Source: Podarcis melisellensis (Eukaryota). From it: a DNA stretch of 64,000 nucleotides. The notes under the pieces were generated by a model that saw only the letters and a program-made list of their open reading frames with translations, did not search any database and was not told where the DNA came from. Location: assembly GCA_964234715.1 (NCBI GenBank), contig OZ174278.1; one strand, 5' to 3'. Numbering within the stretch: position 1 is the stretch's first letter; each line of letters starts with the position of its first letter. Made by a program: the position numbers and the translations under genes. Below, one piece after another: positions 14,679-29,079 of the stretch.

Positions 14679-17600
14679 TGTGTTAAGTATTGTAAACTAT
14701 TTATTATTGTCTTTTTATCCATTTCTCTGAAATTCTTACAATAAATAAAAATTTGCATATTTATTCTTATATGAAAAGATGAAATTCTGTATTGCGTAGG
14801 ACTGAAAAAAATTAAATTTTATCTAATGCTTTGTACATTTTTTTTTGGTAGAATATTTTCTATTTGTCTCAAAGGTTACACTATAGCAGATCTCATAGCA
14901 GATACACTATTGTACATCAGCAACCCATTGTAGCATTCAAGCATTTTGGATAAAGTCCCACAGGAGATTATCATTTCTATCCTATTTTTTGTTTGTACCA
15001 ATGAAAGAAAATCAGCTGAGAGATTTATTCACTACTTTCTTAGATGACAAAATTATTGCAGCCTGCTTCTTTCACTCTATTGCAATTTGTTTCCTTTAGA
15101 GACGGCAAAATGACCACAATTCTATTTATATTATCTATAAAAAAACCCCCAAATCTTATGATGGAAAGTGAAATCATTCTTAATCGGTAATAGACAAATC
15201 CAGTCATCAACAGAAGCAACTGGATGTTTATGTGCACATATCATGAAAGCATACGTCACATTAAAGTATCTGGAGATTTAATTAAAAGAAAGATGAAGCA
15301 TCTTAATGAGAAGCACCACTGCCATAAACAATGGAAATGCACATTATTCCCTAATAGTATAAATAATTTAAGAATTTTACAATGGAAATTAATCTACATA
15401 TCATGTAACACACACAACTATGCCTGTTCCAACTGAATAACGAGCTAAGAAAAAATTCAGGTAGACAATAAAAAATTAGTCTGAATAAGAAAGGCAGAGG
15501 GGAAAGGGCAAAATGGACTATTAATATTCTTCTGGACTGGAAGATTGGAAATGCTAATAATAAGTAATTAAATGTTAGGCACTAATTTTTCTTATTAATT
15601 AAGGAGAGAAATATCAGTGCGAAAGCTCTATTTCATCCAGCACTACCAATGTGAAAACACTATTTTACAGTGCCACCCTATACTTACCTATTCAGAAACA
15701 GTCCCTATTAAATTCAAGGTGATTTATTCCCAGGTAATGTGCATAGCAGGGGTGTGAAACCCACAGCCCTCAGTTTCACACTATGCTGCTTCCTATGCCT
15801 CCAGGAATCTCACATTAGTTCAGGCACTTGATTGCATAGCTGGTAACAGTGATGTAGCTGCAGTTGCCACTAATGCAAAGAAAAAGTAAATCAACAGAGA
15901 CTAGCTGTTGCATGTGTGAGCTCAGAGAGACCTAGTCACAGAGCTTGCTGGGTAGAGGTCCAGAGCATTCCTTGCTATTACACTCTAGGCATCATTCTCT
16001 GCTGTTTGGACTCACACATTTCCCTGTTGTTCTTTTTTTCAGTATCTCCTGGTGGTGGTGGTTAGATTGCAGCTGGCAGGTATCTTATCAAGAAATGGAG
16101 ACAATTTTAATTGGACAAAATAAGTCTGCTGCTACTTCATGGACTGAAAAATGGCGTTGGGGGTGATAAGAGTAAAGAGATCAGTGGATTAATTGGGTGT
16201 TGGAAGAGTAATCAGGAAAAGTAAGCACTGATGTGTACGAGGGCAACAGGTGCAAAATGAAAGCAAGTGAATGAATAGAGTGGTCAGGGACAGCAGAGTT
16301 ACAAAATAACTGATGAGATGCATGGAAGTGTGGTGAGTGAATGAGTGAAAAACAACCAGCGGAGCATGTTGGAAATGCACTCAGCAAGACTTACTGACAT
16401 TTGTGCAACTGGATGAGTGGTGCGAAAGAATATGTGCATGTGTGTAAAAGACAACGTGAATGGGGGAAAATTGGCAGAAAGAGAGAGGGGAAAAGGGAGT
16501 GTTGCCAGCCATTGTTATAGATCACCTAGGCCACTTCTACTGAATGATTGTGGTCCTCAACTTCAAAAAGGCTACCCATACCTGGTGTACAGGATTGCAG
16601 CCTCAATTTTTCAATAACTGTTCTTAGCGGCCTAGCCATTTGTAACTCTGCATTTTGGTAAGGCAGTATTTTTACAAACAGCACTAAGTAAAAAAGATTA
16701 GCTGCCATAGGAGTTTTTCTTTCCATGCCTATTTCCACAACCTTTGTTCCCAAGATGAGATCTCAACAACCTAGTTCAAAGAGAAAAGATATCCATGGTA
16801 ACTTAACCTTTCCTTTGAAACTGAAGCTCTATGTTCAGTATCATCTAGCAAGACAAATTACATGTTATTCAAGTGAATTATTATTATTTAAATTTGAGTT
16901 ACCATGGAGAGAGAGAGAAATGAAAAGGTGAAACATGTTTATTTCTAACAACTAACATTAGCAAAGTTATCACCAGGATGTTGTAGAAACCTTACCATTC
17001 TAATATGTAAATACTAACATCTGCTACTTTGTTCTTGGAGAACAATACAAATGAGTTGCAATAGGTGGTATCCAATTTCATAGTTAAGAGTCACAATGTA
17101 TCTCTCAAGATTTGTTAAAGATTTTTTTTTAAAAAAAAACACAGCCCTATTCACATCTGTGAAGAAGTCCAACTGAATTCAATAGGGCTTACTTCAACCT
17201 TAGTGGCCTTAAATTTAAGGCATCTAGGACTACTTAAATTTAAGGCATCAACTATCCTGACAAAATACCTACATCAAAATGTCTATGCATGTGAGAATCC
17301 ATTACTTCTTGGGGAAGGCAAAGCTCTCCCCCTTGAACATTATTATATCCTGCCTTTCCCCCTGATAGGCATCAAGGCAGTTTACCAGGGGGTGGGGGGA
17401 GAACTGCTAAAAACACAGATAATAATTTTAAAACAATTAAACATTAATAAAAGTAAACTATACACATATTTAAAATCTATTAAGCTTTCTGTGTATATGA
17501 TATTTTGATGCAGGGAATGCAGAAACTATTGATCCCCCATGAACATTATGCTGTGGTACATGAGATTTCTGCTTCAAAAAGGGGCCAAATCTAATATCTC

Positions 17601-17685
17601 CATTAAAGAAAGCTGCTTGGTATTCAAGGTGATGTAAAGTACAGAAAACAATTGACGAAAGATAAGCAGCAACTACATATTAGAT

Positions 17686-17770
17686 AGAAGAAGAAGAAGA
17701 AGAAGAAGAAGAAGAAGAAGAAGAAGAAGAAGAAGAAGAAGAAGAAGAGGAGGAGGAGGAGGAGGAGGAG
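17686..17770 (+). repeat. (AGA)n followed by (GGA)n microsatellite
   Basis: Directly visible; forms the SINE tail. Confidence 0.97.
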
Positions 17771-18001
17771 TTTGGATTTGATATCCCGCTTTATCACTAC
17801 CCGAAGGAGTATCAAAGTAGCTAACAATCTCCTTTCCCTTCCTCCCCCACAACAAACACTCTGTGAGGTGAGTGGGGATGAGAGATTTCAAGAAGTGTGA
17901 CTGGCCCAAGGTCACCCAGCAGCTGCATGCGGAGGAGCGGAGACGCAAACCCGGTTCCTCAGATTACGAGTCTACCACTCTTAACTACTACACCACACTG
18001 G
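17686..18001 (-). mobile_element. tRNA-derived squamate SINE (Squam3-like) with expanded (TCC)n(TCT)n tail
   Basis: Reverse head CCAGTGTGGTGTAGTAGTTAAGAGTGG; same body as the 12086 copy; candidate TSD TAGATAG at 17681-17687 and 18004-18010. Confidence 0.85.
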
Positions 18002-19934
18002 TGTAGATAGCTACTCTATCCCATTATATCCCCGTTCATAACTACCATTCCTCCAATCTACCTCCAGCTCAGCTATTCCAAAAGTTCTTTTGTCTCCAAC
18101 ACAACTATTCATTTCCCCTTGTGCTCTCCAATGCATGGAACACTGTCCTAGAATATGGAAATGAGCTTCTCCCCTGTCTCCCCATGCAAATGCATCCACA
18201 AACCAGTTTTTCCCTGAAGTTCTTTAATTCGCATTCTCAGATGTAACCAAGTTTACATAAGAAGTTTAAGTGAAGCTTCATTTGCTTATTTCTATTCCTT
18301 GCTACCCTCATCTCTCTCCCTCTCCTAGTCTTCTGTAATGACACAGTTCCCTTGGGGCCAGGATCCTATTTGTTTTCTTTGCAAAACTATTTAAAGCGCA
18401 TTGTACACTGTCAGCTGTATCTTAACGATAACAATAATTGGATGGAAAAATGGAAACATGAAGAACACCGGAATATTAAATTAAAATTAAATTGAGGTCA
18501 GAATATCCAGTGGGGCCTATTTCCTGTGATTCTGTTCCTAAAAGGCACAATATTAAAAGCTAAGACATTACAATTTGGACTAATCTAGACTGATATGATA
18601 GGCTGAGCCCTGGTTGACCATTCTGAAGTTGTGGATTGTAGTCCAATAGCTTTTCCCTGACATTAAAATATAGCATGGATGATTTATTGAAACAATGCAA
18701 AGTCCATTCCCATTTCATTAATGTGATTCCTAGCTTTGAATGGATCCTTAAGCCTATTTCTTCCAAACCCTTGCAGTTGGGACGCCATGGGCTGTTGGCA
18801 AAGGACATGGCATCACAATACATTTCAAATGAGCATAAAAGCAATTAAGGGATCTCTCTGATTCTCACCTACATAAATAACATATACATATGCATGAGTG
18901 TATATACCATTACAAACATTTCCTTTATCTTAGCAGCAGATTGAAGTGAATAAAAAGGTTTGTTACTCTGCAGTGCTGACCTGCATTGGCAGCATTTATT
19001 TCAGCCACTATTCAAAAAAATGTTAAAAAGAACACGCCTGAACCACGTAACAGTAGAAATGTCACAAAGGGCAAGTAAAATAAGGTTCCTTTTAATTAAA
19101 CCCAGCAATTAATATGAAGCACTGTATTCTGCTATTAATGTGACATTTGGAAATATCAGCAAGATAAATATATGGCTAAGCGTTAAAAGGACGTAGCCTT
19201 ATTTTATTATATATTTTAATAGAGGGCAAATCTAGTTAAACAGATGGCACTCAGGATTTCTCAATGAATTCAGCATCTGTGTGTACATGTTGCACAAACG
19301 CCAATTAAAATGTGTCAGAGTAAATTTAAATCCCTTGCTGATAGAGTGTAAGCCAATCTAGCTGGTGGAGGAGCAAGGTTAAACCTAATCATCCTCTGAA
19401 CTTGCTGCAAGTTGCTTTCGGGTTATACATAAATTCCCAGTTAAATAATAAAAACAGAGTTCCTATTGATTAGTATTTATTTACATTCATAACTCTGTTT
19501 AAGCTTTCAGATGAAGCTCAAAGAAAAATAAACAGTAATGTGTATGGTACAATGAATACCTACTGAATTAAAAAGTCTTCAGCAAAAATGTTTCTGAAGC
19601 TGCCTGCAAATGCTTCTTGACTTCATTGTGGGTAAAAATAGTCTTAATTAGGGAGGAATACCAAGAAAATCACGTTGTATATTCACACATTATTCATATA
19701 TTGTTCATTGAAACAATTATATTAAGATATTTATTTACCAACAGAACTGGAAACCAAATGAACATACAAAGAAACTGCAAGTTTACAAGCTGAGTAAGAA
19801 TTCTCCGGAAAGGAAGGCACAATACATTTTCAGGTGTTTAATTCAGAGATAATGTATGTGTAGATGATATGGCAGGCATCCACATCTATGGTAATTCAGT
19901 CATTTGTTTAAAAACAACAACCCCATGTGTACAG

Positions 19935-21360
19935 AAATATATTTATTTATTCAGAATAGTTATAGGCTGTTTAATGATCAAAATATATTGAGTGGTGTGC
20001 ATAATAAAAGAATTATCAATAACATAGAATAAATAACTTGGCACCATTAAGCTAGAGGAAGCGAATTATGAAGATAAGCTAAATTTAGGAAAAGATTAAT
20101 ATTTGGAAGTTCTAAGTTATATTTAATGTTTTAAGATTTGAGCAAAAAGATATTTAAAATTAGAGATATAACATTGGAAAATTAGATAATAAGAATAGAA
20201 ACAAGGGGATAAATTTGCTGGACAAAGTTTTATAGACAAGAACGCAGGAGCGGGAGATGCGAGGGAGTCCAAAGAAGCTAAGAAAACTAAGTTAAGAGAT
20301 GTGATATTGTTTTGTTTATTGGCATTGTAATTATAATAAAACTGTTAATAAATATATTTTGGGGAAAAATATCAATAACATAGAAATACAATCAGTAAAA
20401 CTTGTAAAAAAAACAAATATATCTAACTAAATCCTATGTCTGGGTAGGCTTTCTGAAATAAAAATGGTTCTCAGAAAGGCTCTAAAACAATATAGCCTGC
20501 TTAATGCCAAAGCATAGGTGCTGCTATACTAAAAGACTAACGCTCACAAATATGGAATGAACATTATATGACACTTTCAAATTATGTGGACCAAAGCAGT
20601 CAAACAGGTATGTATGGAGACAAGGAGATCCCTCAAGTAAACCATTCCCAAGCTGTTAAGGGCTTCATATAAAAATAGAAAATCATTGAATTTGGTCCAA
20701 TAACGAATCAGCAGTTGATGCAGATCTTTGAACAGAAGATCTCACTGTTGATAGCTATTGTGTTTTGGTATTCTGCACTAACTTCAGTTTTCAGACCAAC
20801 ACAAGGGAAGACTCACATAAAGTGCATCACAGTAACCTACTATTGAAAGTTACAGATGCCTGGACTACTGTGGTCAAGCTATCCCTGGTCCAGGAATGGT
20901 CACAACTATCCACAGGTAAAACTGATAAAAGGTGTTTCTAGCTACCGAGGCCTCCAGTGATAAAGCTGGATCTAGTAGCACCCACAGAATGCATGCCTGC
21001 TACTTCAGAGACAGTGCAACCCTATCCAGAGCAGGCAACTGACTGATTTGTCAGACTATTCACTCACATAAGTTTGTCTTGCCAGGATTCAAGCTCCATT
21101 TATTCTCTCTCATCCAGCCATCTACCACAGCATCCAGGCACTGTTCTATGATGTGCTTAGCCTTGCCTGATATTTAAGATGTTATGGAAAAATAGAGCTG
21201 AGTGTCATCAGAATACTGACGACAACTTGCCTCAACTTTCCCAATGGTCACTCTCAAGGCTTCATATAGCATGGCACTCCATAGCATAATTACCAGGGGA
21301 GCTGAAAAGCACTCTCCCAAAGCTTTTCTTTGGACTTGGCCTCATAGATAGGATCAATAA
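19935..21360 (-). mobile_element. Old L2-clade LINE 3' fragment, interrupted by a younger insertion
   Basis: Reverse strand near 21202-21219 gives QYSDDT (decayed YADD RT motif); (TAAA)n-type tail near 19940; boundaries approximate. Confidence 0.65.
20030..20369 (+). mobile_element. 5'-truncated retroposed insertion (L1/Tx1-like 3' end)
   Basis: Perfect 16-bp direct repeat TATCAATAACATAGAA at 20014-20029 and 20370-20385; A-rich body with AATAAA near the 3' end. Confidence 0.7.
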
Positions 21361-22789
21361 TATTGTATACTGCGTGTGTCACATATATGGTTAGTTAAAG
21401 GCAATGTGCCACGTTGTCAAGAACACCTAACATCAATCTGACTGAGACAATACTACAAAAACAATTAGAGTATTTTCAAGTGTGAATATGCTAAAAATAT
21501 TTTTTATGGGCAACTAGACAATACATTTCTCAAAAATCCTTCAACATATTGCTATTTTTTTGCATTCATCTGCACAGAAAAATACATCTTGCTAACAAAA
21601 CATGTTTTTTTAAAATAAAAAATTCAATTAAAATTTCTTAACAATATATTTGCAACTTATTTTTATGTGCACAATATATTCTTTCTGACAAAATAAAAAC
21701 CCCAGGTGAATCATCTAAAACACGCTTTGGCAAATTTTGCCTAATCAGGGCTTTTCCACTAAATTACCTACCTCAACAGAAACTCGGCTGAATTTTATCC
21801 TGGTATCTAACACTGTACATGATCTTTGCTCATGTGAATAATTGCTAGGGTGGAAAATTGCAGTAAATATGATGGTACAGATGTTCTTTTTCAGTGGACC
21901 AAACAGAATGAAAGGAAACAGTATTTTATGGTTCATTGCAGATTTTATTTAAGATCTGATGTTTAGTTACCAAAATGTTTTGCATGTTATCTACTTTCTT
22001 TGCAGATAGTTTAGTATAACACTGCAATAATTTGAAATAATATTCATAATAGTGAAAAAAGATAATTAAAGGGTAGCAAGTAAACGGTGTCTGGGTGGTT
22101 TTATGGTGATTTCTAGTAATATTTTAAAATTACTAGCAAGGGTTTCAAAGCAGAGTATGCATGTGAAAATATAACAGACAAAATAAAATTCAATCATAGA
22201 TAACACACAGCAGACATGGTTTGTTAAACCAAACAGTAACCAAACATGAATTTTGATTTATAGTGGCACAATGGCCGCTGGGAAGAGCACAGAAAGAAAA
22301 AATGCCATGGTGCATCTGCAGCAGCACAACCGGATGCTTTCATCCGCCCCGGCTGCAACAAAACATGTCTATCCCATACCAGTCTCTACAGTTACAACTG
22401 TAACTCTCCAATGGTTTGACTTTACCTCTAAAGGCACCCTCCTCCATTGTTTCCTAAGACAGACAGTTGCCAGCAACCAACAAATGGCACAATCAAAACG
22501 TTTCCCATCAGATTTCAATGGTAGTTAAATTAAGCCCTCTTTGTTCATTCTCCTTCATATGTGGAGGAAATTAGTCTACACCTGCTAAATCCAACCACGA
22601 TGTGATGCACCCAACCAGCCTCACATGGCACTGTATGTGCATTCAGCTTGATGTTTACTATGCATATGGGCTTCCACACAATAGTCAACCATGTGTGATT
22701 GGGGTTCTAAATTGCTTTTTCATTTTGTTTTCTGAATTACTGTGCTGAACTATGTATTAGGGGATATGACACCAAGCTAATCCTGTATA

Positions 22790-23004
22790 CAGTGGTACCT
22801 CTGGTTACGAACTTAATTCGTTCCGGAGGTCCATTCTTAACCTGAAACTGTTCTTAACCTGAGGTACCACTTTAGCTAATGGGGCCTCCTGCTGCCGCCG
22901 CACAATTTCTATTCTCATCCTGAGGTAAAGTTCTTAACCTGAGGTACTACTTCCGGGTTAGTGGAGTCTGTAACCCGAAGCGTTTGTAACCCGAGGTACC
23001 ACTG
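22790..23004. mobile_element. Tigger-like MITE, family A copy 2
   Basis: CAGTGGTACCTCTGGTTA...TAACCCGAGGTACCACTG with TA flanks. Confidence 0.92.
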
Positions 23005-23329
23005 TACTTCTTTGCTGATATCTTACATCGTAGCAGGCAACAGGATAATGTTAAGGAGCTCTACCACCTCCCATTGCACAAGCAGTGCTTCTCCTGCACA
23101 AACCTTGGTCAAAGTCTATGGTAGTTTCAGGCACCTTCACACATTTTTTTTGCCATAAATTTATGGCAATCTACCAAGAATCCTGCTCAGTGAGCAAGAG
23201 GGAGACCCAATCTGAAAGTGCAGGTTAGCCCCAGTGACAAGTAACAAACTTAGGCAGCTGTGCAACGAGAAGGTAAGTACTGAATATTTAAAAGGACGTC
23301 CAGTCTACTGCAACTTAAACTCCTTAAAT

Positions 23330-23495
23330 CTTGTCCTTTCCAATATGCAAGGTCTTCAAGTAATTGAAGAGAGCTCTTGTGTATCCCTTCAAACTTCTTT
23401 TCTCTGTGTTAAACATACACAATTCCTTCAACCTTTCCTAATAAAACCTGTTTCCCATGCCTCTGAACACATCTTCATCTTCCTGTGAACCCATT
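23330..23495 (-). mobile_element. CR1 LINE 3' ORF2 remnant
   Basis: cttcaagtaattgaagagagc...cttcttttctctgtgttaaacatacacaattccttcaacctttcc is the reverse of the CR1 ERLKELGMFSLEKRRLRG-like region. Confidence 0.6.
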
Positions 23496-23854
23496 GCAGT
23501 AAATATATTAGGAAACAGTTGGTTTTCATCTTGAAAATGTCTGATCAGATGGCTGATCATACTGGTATAATAAATGGCTCAGATGATTTGTTTAATAAGA
23601 GACATTGGAAAGCACATATTTCATTTAATGAATGAATGAATGTATGTATGCACGCCTTGTTTGTCTGGTATCACATGCTGTTAGGACCTCTCACCACAGG
23701 GTTTGTTCCACACTATTTTGAGTAAGAACAGAATGTAGAAATTAGTAAGAGATAAAATAAACAGGCAAGTTTGCTCTCTATCTCTAAGCCAGTTCTTAAA
23801 AAGATAGAGATGTTTTAGTAGCTGCTTTATTGCCAAAATTCTGGTTGCTTTACA

Positions 23855-24063
23855 TAGGGTTCCCATATTTTGAACTTTTTAGAAACCCACCAGCTCATTT
23901 TGGGAACAAACCCCAAATAGTAATTTTAAGCTTTTGGAGCAGTTTCTGCTGCGTTGCCATACATCCGGGTTTTCCCTGACATTTTGCAGAATCGTCAAAA
24001 CTCCACTCTGACGCCATTTTCACACCCAAAAACCAGGACATGTCAGGACTTATGGCAAGCCTA
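23855..24063. mobile_element. Non-autonomous DNA transposon with TAGGGTTGCCA-type TIRs (hAT-like)
   Basis: Left end TAGGGTTCCCATA, right end TATGGCAAGCCTA; TSD not clear. Confidence 0.6.
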
Positions 24064-24680
24064 AGCATACAAACTAAGAAGGGGAGCCTAGCTGACAAGA
24101 GAAAATGCTAGTTCTGTTTACCTTTCAGTGCTCCTCTCGTTCAATTCTAAAGTACATTGAGTTGTGAAATTGACCAGGAGTGGCAAGAAATCTACGAGGA
24201 AATGTATTCAAGTCAAAGACCTAAACACATTTGCTTCTTGGAGGCATAGGTGCTCAGCAGCAGCATATCTGTGTTTGTATCAGACTTTTTAAACAACACT
24301 GTCAGATTATTTCCCAAGGGCTAGTCTGCTGCAACAAAACAACAGAATCCTTTGACACCTTAAAGACTAAGATGCTAAAGGACCCTGTTGTTTTTATTGT
24401 CAAGTGAGGATTTCTTTTGATACTTTGCAGATGACTGAGTATTGGTGGTCCCCTCCATCTCCTCAGAAGCATGAGGAAGAGTGGAACCCATAAATGACCT
24501 TGTCAGAATAAGGCTTGCTTACAGATTAATGTACTGTCACAATGCAAGGGCAATGTGTAAACTGGCCATAAAGAAAAGGTATATATGTGTGCCTCATTCC
24601 TGAATGTACTCAACTACTGTGAACTATTGGACAAATGAGATGATTAGAGTTCTATTCCCGTGTATCTATTCAGACATCTA

Positions 24681-24919
24681 CAGTCGTGCCTTGGTTTTCA
24701 AACAGCTTAGTTCTTGAATGTTTCGACTCCCGAATGCTGCAACCCCAGAAGTGACTGTTCCGGTTTGAGAACTATTTTTGGAAGCCAAACATCCGCCGTG
24801 GCTTCCAGTTGGCTGCAGGAGCTTCCTGTAGCCAATCAGAAGCCGCACTGGTTTTTGAATGTTTTGGAATTCAAACGGACGTCCAGAACGGATTCCGTTC
24901 GACTTCCAAGGTATGACTG
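24681..24919. mobile_element. Tigger-like MITE, second family
   Basis: TIR CAGTCGTGCCTTGG / CCAAGGTATGACTG with TA flanks; interior differs from family A. Confidence 0.85.
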
Positions 24920-26910
24920 TATTAGGCTTTTGAGAAAAGTGCAAACCGTGCATATTTTTAGAATGCAAAGCACAGGTACTCAATCCTATTTGGGAGTCAC
25001 ATCTTAATCCCATATATTAAATAGTAGTGATTACACTATACTAAAAGACATGAAAGACAAAGGGATGGGCATAATATAACATACAAACCAAAAGCAATAT
25101 ATCACTTTGTATATTCATCTAAATTCAGAAAAAACTGCTGAATCCCATGCTAAAATTAAGATCTGAGGAATATTTTATTCCTGACTGAGGCTAGACCAAA
25201 AAGACCAACATGCTGCCTATCCTCCTTTATTTACAGAATTTGAACTAAATGCTGTTCATTTCAAATGCATGGTTATTGATATAAGCAGGTCAGTGTATAA
25301 GACTGCCCAGAACCCAGCCTAACAAAGTCATTACTTGATAGTGTATCCCTAGGGTAAAGAATGAAAAAGGGTAAACTGCCATTAATCCGTTCTGTGCCCT
25401 AAAAAGGGTTGATATTCCAATTCCCTCATGCCATTCAACTTCAATAGATTCATTCATTCATTCAATGTATATACCACTAAACTACAACTGTCTCTAAGTG
25501 GTGTATGGGAAATAAAATAGGTAAAATCAATTTAAACTTTAAATTCACAGTTTAAAAATGCCTGCTGCAATAAAAAGTCTTCAGCAGGCAACAAAGTTAT
25601 CGTTTTGCCATATACCTGCTTTCCTTCAATTTGTTATAAACTATTAAAACTCTGGTCTTGATTTTTATCTGATTCACTGCTACACCTAACTTTTCTTAAA
25701 ACTGACTAGACATACAAACGTCCCACTCTGGGCTGCTCTGACCCCACTGCAGCGTAAGGCAGAGTACTGTATATGGATTACTTTTACGAACCGCTCTTCA
25801 TCATGTCAGTAATCCCAGCGTAGTTTCCAACATATAAAATATCTCATCTAAAATTACATTTAAATAAAACAACCAATATTATTGTAATGTGAGGACCAAT
25901 AACAACGGCAACTAATTAACTAATGCTTGAAATAGTTCATAGGATCATACTTGAGACAATGCATTCAGTGTTTGTCAGTCTTGTAATATAGAATGAAAAC
26001 ATTATTTAGCCATACTGGTTTGTAAAACTAGTTTTTAATCTGATCTTAGTGCAGTTCTTGACATTTTGTCATAACAGGCTTTTAGCTTTGAACCTTTCAC
26101 CACAGCTGTTAATATCCATGGTATTTAAGTGGGTGTGTGGGTGTTATTTTTAAAATACTTTTTTTCGCCTCATGAGATGTAATGTATGGTGGTACAAATA
26201 TATAGCAAAGCTGCTTAAGTATTCAGTAAGGATATCCTGCCTTCTGTATTATTAGAGGGTTTTTTAAAAAAATAATACAGTATTTTTTGAGAATCACTTT
26301 TATTTGTCATGTTCAGTAATTATCGTTTATGTGAAAAGATGGGAGAGGGAATTGCCATAAGCACTTAGGAGGCTGTGAGGCCCATAATCATGCCATGTTT
26401 CTGGCTGTACCTATGCTAAGACGACGTATCACATCTTCAAAGACTATTCTGTAGACATCAAACATGTTCAAAGCTTAATACAATTATAATGTATCTTAAG
26501 AAAATAACCACAGAATCTGCAGAACCTGTTTGACTAGGGAATAATGGAGCCGATTTGGCCTCTAGAGACTTTTAAGTTAAGCACATTACCAACTGGACCA
26601 TATAAGAAAGTAAACATTGGCTGTGATGAACTGCTCCGAAAGTAAATGATGAGGCATTTCTGAAATTAATTTTAACAACGCTCTATGTTGGCATTTTCTT
26701 TAAATTAAAAATAAGCAAACATGCTAGTATAAAGATGTTTTATTGCACGGGACAACATTAAATAAAAGCACAAACAAATGCTAATATGTATCACAAGCCA
26801 CATCCAATCATACAAAAGTAGAATAATCTTAGATAAAAGAAGATCTCAAACTCAGAAGTGTTTGCTTTTCTCCACTTACTTGCATCTTATGCTTATTATA
26901 CTTACGCATT

Positions 26911-26952
26911 CACGTGTGTGTGTGCGCGCACACACACACACACGCGCACACA
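26911..26952. repeat. (TG)n(CG)n(CA)n alternating purine-pyrimidine tract
   Basis: cacgtgtgtgtgtgcgcgcacacacacacacacgcgcacaca. Confidence 0.92.
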
Positions 26953-29079
26953 ATAAATAAAGAAATCACTCTCCATTTATTCATTCACCACTACCTTATG
27001 CACAGCTTCGATCACAGGCATATTCAGCTTTTGGAAGACAGCACAAGGAGTCTGGCAGTGTCTTAGAGCCCTCATGTCTCCTTCCAAAAGCCGGGCAAGT
27101 GCTTACCGGGCACTGGGAAAGCGGAATGAAGTCTCTAGGATCCTGCCAGGGCCCTCATACTGCCTTCTCAAAGCCAAGTAAGCAGCCCTCCACCTTGAGG
27201 TGGTCCCAGTTCCAGAGGTTCCTGTTTTATACTTTTTTTGCAGTTATGCATGGACCCCCAGAACTGAACCCTCATGTAAGGTGCGAATTACCCATACCAA
27301 AAAATGTTTTATATGCTATGCCTTTTTGTAAGTTGCATAGAGACTTCTATGTGGTAAGCAATTAATAAGTCAAGCACTAATACTAATAATATTTGTATCC
27401 GGAAAGGTAGAATATAAATAACTGTAATAAATATGTAATAAATGAATGGCTCATGTCCAAAGTGTATGAAGACATATACAGAATACATAAAGAAACTTGA
27501 CTTGTGTCTTTCCGGAAGCAAAGAAACTTTGAACTAAAAATACACAAGACAAACTACTATTCTCCATTTTTTCTTGTCTACATGGCGATACACACATATT
27601 CCTATGCTATGCATTCATCCTAAAATGATTACCAACTGCCAAACAAACATTTACAGATGTTTTTCAGTGGAGATCAAAAGCAATTTAATATGCCTGCTTG
27701 GATCTATTTCTTGCCAAACATAGAAATAGAGACCAAGAATCAACTCAGTAATATAACCAGTTTATTCTCCTGAAAGTAGGATATCCATGACTGTGCTGAA
27801 GGGTTTTAAATTAAGTTCTCCTGCCACACCTTCAATTGTATACAGATAAACAAATATGAAACCATGGGTTGCTGAGCTCTGTTCCAAACAAAATATACCA
27901 CTTTATTTTATCCCCTATTTCGGTATTTCCAACTGTCTTGCAATCTATATGTAGAAGGAATTCTGTCAGATGAAGGTTTGTGTACAGAATAAATATACAT
28001 ATATAACTGCTGAAGGATTCTTCCCCCGTTCTTCAGACAGACTGTCTTTACACAATTCAGGCTCATCTAGAATTTGGGTTTGCACATGGTCAGTCTTCAT
28101 TCTTAGATGAGGATGCTAGCATATAAATTAGAAGTTATGGTCATGTAGATATACCATTTATGCAGAAGTCCATTTGAAATAAAAGTGATATAAAGATTCT
28201 TAGGATGACTGTTGTACTTTTTGTGGGGGTGGGATGAACAGGGATGCAAAGAAACTGGAAAGTTCAATGGGAAAAGTTTCCAGAAACAACAGACAGGAAT
28301 GTCAAAAGTATTAGGAGCCTAAGAGTGTATACTGTGAGCTGAAAAAAATGAGAAACGAATCAAGGAGTTCTGGGGTAAAGAAAGCAGAGAAAATAAGGGG
28401 CAAGTTATAACAGCGAAAGGAAGGAATCTTCGAATGAGTTCCAGGGATGCAATTTGTGGGGAATGGTTGGAGCAGTAAGGAAAGCTGCATTTCTGATTTG
28501 TTCTTTGTTTTGTCCGAAGCATTTTCACCACATTTCTGTGGCAGTTATAGTTAAGAGGGAAACTGAGATCCATTTGGAAGAATGCCACAGTAGAAGCTCA
28601 TGCTGATAGAGAAGAATGGAGATGATTAGAAAGCAATTAAAATAAACTTTTGCCTGGATTTTCCTTCCCCTTGTAATAGTCATAAAACAAATGTTTGTAT
28701 AGAAGCCTGACCGAGGTCCCTGCCTAGACGAGTAATATACAAAAACAACACAGAAGGCCTTAACCCTGACTATTTTTCCATGGCTTGAAGCCAACACTAG
28801 CTCAAGTATTGAGTAAGGATGAGGTCACTCATGATACTATTTGCAATTGCAACTGTCACCTGCATACTTTCCCAACAGGGCAGTTGTATGTATTTGCTAA
28901 TCATTCCTGATTGTTTCAACACTAGAATGTTGTCTTTAGTTGTTTTCTGGCTACTTTTTCTTAAGAATATTTAAAGAGAAACACGGGAAATGGCATCAAG
29001 ATTAAGTTACTATAGCAAAACAGCACAAACACTTTAGAAAAATACCCAGGAATGGGAGGCAAGTAGCAAGGGACCACTA

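Noticed and set aside
17624-17948. Poly-Leu/Phe/Pro ORFs
   Set aside because: Translation of the SINE-tail microsatellite.
23626-23642. Sense-strand (CATT)n YCAY cluster as a NOVA splicing element
   Set aside because: It is 18 kb from the exon and more simply a short microsatellite or L2-type tail.
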